The notes under the pieces were generated by a model. It was given only the letters and a program-made list of their open reading frames with translations. It was not told where the DNA came from and made no database searches. Positions 57,946-62,297 of a stretch of 62,297 bases of DNA are shown here, piece by piece. The stretch is from Candidatus Pristimantibacillus sp. (GTDB taxonomy: Bacteria; Patescibacteriota; Saccharimonadia; Saccharimonadales; UBA4665), in NCBI GenBank assembly GCA_035491975.1, contig DATJJV010000046.1, positions 1 through 62,297 of the forward strand, read 5' to 3'. Within the stretch, counting starts at the first letter, position 1. Every line of letters begins with the position of its first letter. The translations under genes and the position numbers were made by a program.

Positions 57946-58332
57946 TTATTTTTGCTCTTCGAGGTAGATGAGGAGGTCGGCTGGGTCTTCAATTTGTCCG
58001 AGCGCGGCAGCAAAGTCGCCTACCCGAAGCTCTCCAAAGTCTCCGAGCGCAGCCTCAACTGGCACTGCCGCTTCGGGTGCTTCCGTGGCCTGGGGAGCCG
58101 CGCCTGGAGTCTCGCCGGCAGATTCTACGGAGACGAAGCCCTTACCCATCTCTATGAAGCCCTTAACGGTCCACTCCACCGCCTTTTTGCCCAAGGCCTT
58201 GAAGAGACCGAACAAATCCGGCGATTCCGGTTCGTTGCCAGCTAGGCGCTCGTTATCCGGATGCACAATATAACCGGTGTAACCGGTTCGCCGCATATGA
58301 CGATAGTAAGAACTCCACTCACCAAATGGCAT
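57946..58332 (-). CDS. Hypothetical protein
   Basis: 128-aa ORF between grpE and dnaK; start uncertain. Confidence 0.5.
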   Translation of the reverse strand: MPFGEWSSYYRHMRRTGYTGYIVHPDNERLAGNEPESPDLFGLFKALGKKAVEWTVKGFIEMGKGFVSVESAGETPGAAPQATEAPEAAVPVEAALGDFGELRVGDFAAALGQIEDPADLLIYLEEQK

Positions 58333-58393
58333 AATTGTTTTACATTATATAATATTCTTCGATAGGATTCAAGGTGTATTGACGGTATCCAGC

Positions 58394-58858
58394 CTACTGG
58401 GGGCGGACACGCACCATGGCGTGGCGCAAGACTTCGTCACCAAGGATATAGCCGGGTTGTAGTTCTTCGCTGACAATCTCGTTGTCGCCGTCGCCCTCTT
58501 CCATGCTGACGGCTTCGTGCAGATGCGGGTTAAAAGGCTCGCCAACGGTTTTTATCTTTTGGACACCGAGTTGCTCAAGGGCTTTCTCGAACTGCTTCAC
58601 TACCCCTTGGATGCCTTTAACGTAGTCGTTGTCTGTCAGATCGCCTGGCACGTGCTTCAGCGCGCGCTCAAAGTTGTCGATAACCGGCAGGAGCTCGCGC
58701 ACCACGCTGGCCTTGGCCAGGCTTTGCAAGCTGGCGATCTGTTCTTCGTATCGGCGGCGCAGGTTGACGGCGTCGGCCCGTTCGCGCTGCAATGCGTCGG
58801 TCAGCTCGTCAATCTGCTGTTGCCAGGCCTGAGAGTCATGTTGCGGGGTCTTCGACAT
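58394..58858 (-). CDS. grpE: Nucleotide exchange factor GrpE
   Basis: RADAVNLRRR, LLPVIDNFERA, FNPHLHEAV, GY...LRHAMVRV. Confidence 0.96.
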   Translation of the reverse strand: MSKTPQHDSQAWQQQIDELTDALQRERADAVNLRRRYEEQIASLQSLAKASVVRELLPVIDNFERALKHVPGDLTDNDYVKGIQGVVKQFEKALEQLGVQKIKTVGEPFNPHLHEAVSMEEGDGDNEIVSEELQPGYILGDEVLRHAMVRVRPQ

Positions 58859-59556
58859 TACAGGACGTCCTCCAGGGTGCGGCCGGCGCGTCCGACCAGG
58901 TTCATCACATCACGGTAGTTCTGGCGGGTTGGGCCCAGCACACCAATGTAGCTGCGGGCTGAGTAGGGGCTGTTGAAACGGCTAATGATGAGCGAACAGC
59001 CGGCGGTGCGGCCGATAGGATTCTCGCGGCCGATATAGACGTTGAGCGGCTCGTTGGGTGCGGCCTCGCGCAGCCACGGCTCGAGGTTGTCGAGCAATTC
59101 AGCGACTTGGCGGACCTGGTTGGGCTGCATAAATTCCGGCTGGCCGAACAGATTGGACAGGCCGCTCATGTACAGCTGGTTGCCGATGGTGGCTAGGCCA
59201 AGGTTGTGAGTCAATTCTACCAATGTGTCGACAGCGTTACGAATGGTACGCTCCGGTAGCCCGGCGTCGTGAACGCGCGCGGTCAGGGCACGCTCGGCAT
59301 GGCGGGCCGGCATATCGGTTTTTTCTTCGGCCAAACTATTAACGTACAGGCGGTATCCTTTATCGGTCGGCACACGGCCGGCGCTGGTGTGCGGCTGCAT
59401 AATAAAGCCCAGGCGCTCAAGCTCGGCCATTTCGGCTCGGATGGTTGCGCTCGACACGCCAAATACCTTCGCCAGCAGCTGCGAACCGACCGGGCTGGCC
59501 ACTTCGGCGTACTGCTCCACGATAGCACTCAAAATCTGCTTCTGACGATCTGTCAT
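58858..59556 (-). CDS. hrcA: Heat-inducible transcription repressor HrcA (short form)
   Basis: RQKQIL, PVGS, SSATIR, QPHTSAGRVPTDKGYR, GVLGPTR. Confidence 0.95.
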   Translation of the reverse strand: MTDRQKQILSAIVEQYAEVASPVGSQLLAKVFGVSSATIRAEMAELERLGFIMQPHTSAGRVPTDKGYRLYVNSLAEEKTDMPARHAERALTARVHDAGLPERTIRNAVDTLVELTHNLGLATIGNQLYMSGLSNLFGQPEFMQPNQVRQVAELLDNLEPWLREAAPNEPLNVYIGRENPIGRTAGCSLIISRFNSPYSARSYIGVLGPTRQNYRDVMNLVGRAGRTLEDVL

Positions 59557-59576
59557 GTTGTCCTAATAATAGGCTG

Positions 59577-59603
59577 CTGGCACTCGACAGTCAAGAGTGC
59601 TAG
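59577..59603. promoter_or_regulatory. CIRCE operator upstream of hrcA
   Basis: CTGGCACTC-N9-GAGTGCTAG. Confidence 0.9.
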
Positions 59604-59607
59604 CAGA

Positions 59608-60378
59608 CTACAGAGTCTTCAGATATTCTTCGGTTTGCTGCGACAGCTGTTGGGCCAGTTGGCGCGCAGCCTCTTCGTCGGCGGAGTGCCGCTCACCGGA
59701 GCTCAGCATCTTTTCGATGACCTGAACGGTTTGTTCTTTTTCGGTGTTAATCAGGAAGATGAAGCGGGCATCCTCTAGAGTCGTTTTGAAAATCTTAATG
59801 GCTGTTTCCAAGCGGTTGCGCAGTTCTTCGGTAGTCACCCGAGTGCGGCCGTGGATACGCCTTTGCCATTCTTCGAAACTGGGCGGCAGCAGGCAGATGA
59901 CCCAAGCGTCCGGCTTGAGTGTTGCCACGTTGATGCCGCCGAGAATATCAACATCGGTGATGGCGATTTTGCCCTGCTCGTGAGCCTTTTGGATTTCGCG
60001 GATGCTGACGCCAGAAACTTGCTGCCGGTGGATCACCTCGGCCTCAACGAACATGCCAGCCTCGATATCAGCCAGCATTTCGTCTTCACTGCGGAAGTAG
60101 TACTCGCGGCCGTCCTCCTCCCAAACGCCATTGTTCTGGCGCGGCGGGCGGGTCGTGTCCGAGACGATAAAGTAGTATTTGCCTGTCTTGAGCAGTTCGT
60201 TGATGAGCGTGTTACGGCCGGTTGAGGTTGGCGCGACCATCACCATAAACGGCGTGTCGCGTAAAATTTTGAGCCCTTCGTCGCTTACTTGGTAATCCTT
60301 GAGCGCCGCCTCGAATTCCTCGCGCCGAGTCAAACGTGGCGCGGTTCCGGCAGCTTGTTTCAGCGCGGACTGTTCCAT
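59608..60378 (-). CDS. Guanylate kinase-like protein (atypical P-loop)
   Basis: APTSTGRNT, SDTTRPPR...EDGREYYF, LPPS. Confidence 0.8.
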   Translation of the reverse strand: MEQSALKQAAGTAPRLTRREEFEAALKDYQVSDEGLKILRDTPFMVMVAPTSTGRNTLINELLKTGKYYFIVSDTTRPPRQNNGVWEEDGREYYFRSEDEMLADIEAGMFVEAEVIHRQQVSGVSIREIQKAHEQGKIAITDVDILGGINVATLKPDAWVICLLPPSFEEWQRRIHGRTRVTTEELRNRLETAIKIFKTTLEDARFIFLINTEKEQTVQVIEKMLSSGERHSADEEAARQLAQQLSQQTEEYLKTL

Positions 60379-60452
60379 AGGCGGATTATATAGTATTTCA
60401 CTCTGTTTTTCCAGCCCTATGCTCTAGAATAAAAGGTAAATAAGGAGAACCT

Positions 60453-60890
60453 ATGCAAGCGCCGGACTTCACACTGCCAGATCAAAATGGGAACATGCAC
60501 GGTCTGAAAGATTACACCGGCCAGTGGCTGGTGCTCTATTTTTACCCCGAGGACGACACGCCCGGCTGTACCACCGAGGCCTGCAACTTCCGCGATGCGC
60601 GCGAAACGATTACCGAACTAAGCGGCGCCCAGGTTGTCGGCATCAGTAAAGACACCGTCGATAGCCACAAAAAATTCGTCGACAAATACGGCCTCAACTT
60701 TACGCTGCTGAGCGATACCACTCATAAAGTGATGAAAGCCTACGACTCCTGGGGCGTGATGATGGCCAAGCGCAATACCTTTATAATCGATCCTGAAGGG
60801 CAAATCGTCAAAGAATACCGCGGCGTCGAGCCCAAAGACCACGCCGGCGAAATCATCCTCGACCTTAAACAACTGCAGGGAAAAGCTTAG
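60453..60890 (+). CDS. bcp: Peroxiredoxin, BCP/PrxQ type
   Basis: YFYPEDDTPGCTTEACNFRD. Confidence 0.92.
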   Translation: MQAPDFTLPDQNGNMHGLKDYTGQWLVLYFYPEDDTPGCTTEACNFRDARETITELSGAQVVGISKDTVDSHKKFVDKYGLNFTLLSDTTHKVMKAYDSWGVMMAKRNTFIIDPEGQIVKEYRGVEPKDHAGEIILDLKQLQGKA

Positions 60891-61597
60891 ACTTCGCTCT
60901 CGCTTTTCAGCGTTTCGGTCTCGAAACGGCCGAGCAGGCTGCGCACGATCTCGCGCGCCCGGTCTTGGTCGCCGCGTAAACGTTCAGACATCGGCTTGCC
61001 CAGTGCCAAAGTGGCAAAATCCTCGGCGGCCAATTCGACCGAGTCGTTGATCAGGAAGAGAGTTTCGGTGTCGCGGGCGCCGAACGCCAGCGAATCTACG
61101 GCTTCATGGATCCGACCCTTCAGCTGGTCCAACGTAAAGCTGTGGCTTTTGAGCCGCTGCTGCCAGATGTCCCATGACGGCGGGATCATAAAGATTGTCT
61201 TCATACTCTTGAAGGGTAGTCCGCGGAACGTCGGTACGGCCTCGGCCAATACCGCCAGTGCAGCAACGCCTTCGGTGGAATAACCCTCTGGTTCGGTTGC
61301 GTACAGATAGCCGAACAGATTAGGCGCTACTTGGACGTATTCGCCGGCAGCCACCCGGGCTTCCATGTCAGCCTGCGTCCTGAAGTAATAGTCCACGCCG
61401 TCCTGCTCGCCGCGGCGCGGCGGCCGGCTGGTGGTGTTGCGCACCATGTGGATCTGCGGCCAGCGCTCAATCGCTTCCTTAATCGTCACCGTCTTGCCGG
61501 CGGCGGTCGGCCCCACTACTGCCACAAAATCAACTTGTTTGAGCCGCTCTAGCGTTTCTGCCTTGGGATGATAGCTTCCTGTAACCATAATTGCCAT
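60887..61597 (-). CDS. Guanylate kinase-like protein
   Basis: GPTAAGKT, TTSRPPRRGEQDGVDYYF, IPPS. Confidence 0.82.
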   Translation of the reverse strand: MAIMVTGSYHPKAETLERLKQVDFVAVVGPTAAGKTVTIKEAIERWPQIHMVRNTTSRPPRRGEQDGVDYYFRTQADMEARVAAGEYVQVAPNLFGYLYATEPEGYSTEGVAALAVLAEAVPTFRGLPFKSMKTIFMIPPSWDIWQQRLKSHSFTLDQLKGRIHEAVDSLAFGARDTETLFLINDSVELAAEDFATLALGKPMSERLRGDQDRAREIVRSLLGRFETETLKSESEV

Positions 61598-61628
61598 TAT
61601 GACATGGCTTGGCTACTTGAGCTACAGA

Positions 61629-62297
61629 TTAGTCACGCTTTAGCATGACAGTGAAAGCTTCGGCGGGGATGTCGACCTTACCGAATCGCTTCAGGCGCTT
61701 TTTGCCCTTGGCCTGCTTGGCCAGCACTTTCTTCTTGCGCGAGACGTCGCCGCCATACAGGCCAGTGGTCACGTCTTTACGGAAGGCCGAGATATCTTCT
61801 CGGGCAATGAAACGGCCGCCAATGCCGGCTTGCAAACTAATAGCGAACTGCTGGCGGGGCACCACTTCTTTGAGCTTAGCTACGACCTCACGCCCGACAC
61901 GTTCGGCCTCAGTGCGGTGGACCATAATGCTTAACGAATCAACCTTCTCGCCGGCGACGTAGAAGTCGACCTTCACCAAATCCTCAGCGCGGTAATCAGC
62001 CAGCTCGTAGTTGAACGAGCCGTAGCCGGAGGTAATACTTTTGAGCAAGTCGTAAAAATCAGTTAGCAAGTTAGCCAGCGGCGCCTCAAAAGTGATTAGC
62101 GCTCGCTCATCAATGTAGCTGAGGTTTTTATGCAAACCGCGCTTGGAGTTGATCAGCTGGATCAGCGGCCCGACGTACTCCTTAGGCGCAACAATTTCGC
62201 CTCGGATCCACGGCTCTCGGATCTCTCTGATTTTAGACGGGTCGGGCAAGTCGGCGGCACTCTTAATGTCCAGTTCCTCATCGTTCAGCAAGGTGAT
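61629..62297 (-). CDS. lepA: Translation elongation factor 4 (LepA), C-terminal part; 5' end outside window
   Basis: LKSITSGYGSFNY, VPRQQF, RKDVT...YGGDVSRKKK...GKKRLK. Confidence 0.96.
   Translation of the reverse strand: MTLLNDEELDIKSAADLPDPSKIREIREPWIRGEIVAPKEYVGPLIQLINSKRGLHKNLSYIDERALITFEAPLANLLTDFYDLLKSITSGYGSFNYELADYRAEDLVKVDFYVAGEKVDSLSIMVHRTEAERVGREVVAKLKEVVPRQQFAISLQAGIGGRFIAREDISAFRKDVTTGLYGGDVSRKKKVLAKQAKGKKRLKRFGKVDIPAEAFTVMLKRD

Overview
62.3-kb gene-dense bacterial chromosome segment, most likely from Candidatus Saccharibacteria/Patescibacteria (inferred from the HTH-MurA fusion, short TsaB/HrcA, core-only ComEC and gene content; not proven). Housekeeping genes include murB, glyA, murA, rny, tsaBE, recA/recX, ruvABC, yebC, comEC, glnA-amtB, rimK, hrcA-grpE-dnaK-dnaJ with CIRCE operators, and a partial lepA. 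There are seven tRNAs, a sortase with three LVNTG-type substrates, and many NUDIX/phosphatase genes. No integrase, transposase or CRISPR array was seen. The most unusual feature is a set of non-coding 160-190 bp mini-elements directly 3' of five different tRNAs. The layout is tRNA, hairpin, segment antisense to that tRNA's own T-arm (4 of 5 loci), conserved core, then a duplicated tRNA 3' end starting in the T-loop (only a 5-nt remnant at Arg-TCT). Two core families occur: A at Arg-TCT/His/Pro-CGG and B at Arg-CCG/Lys. At Arg-CCG a second, decayed copy brackets an AT-rich gene like a cassette array. Other notable items are a PilB/GspE homologue with degenerate Walker motifs, an unannotated 39-aa membrane peptide coupled to the sortase, and apparently pervasive leaderless genes. 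Start codons were adjusted by eye, and product calls come from motif recognition only.
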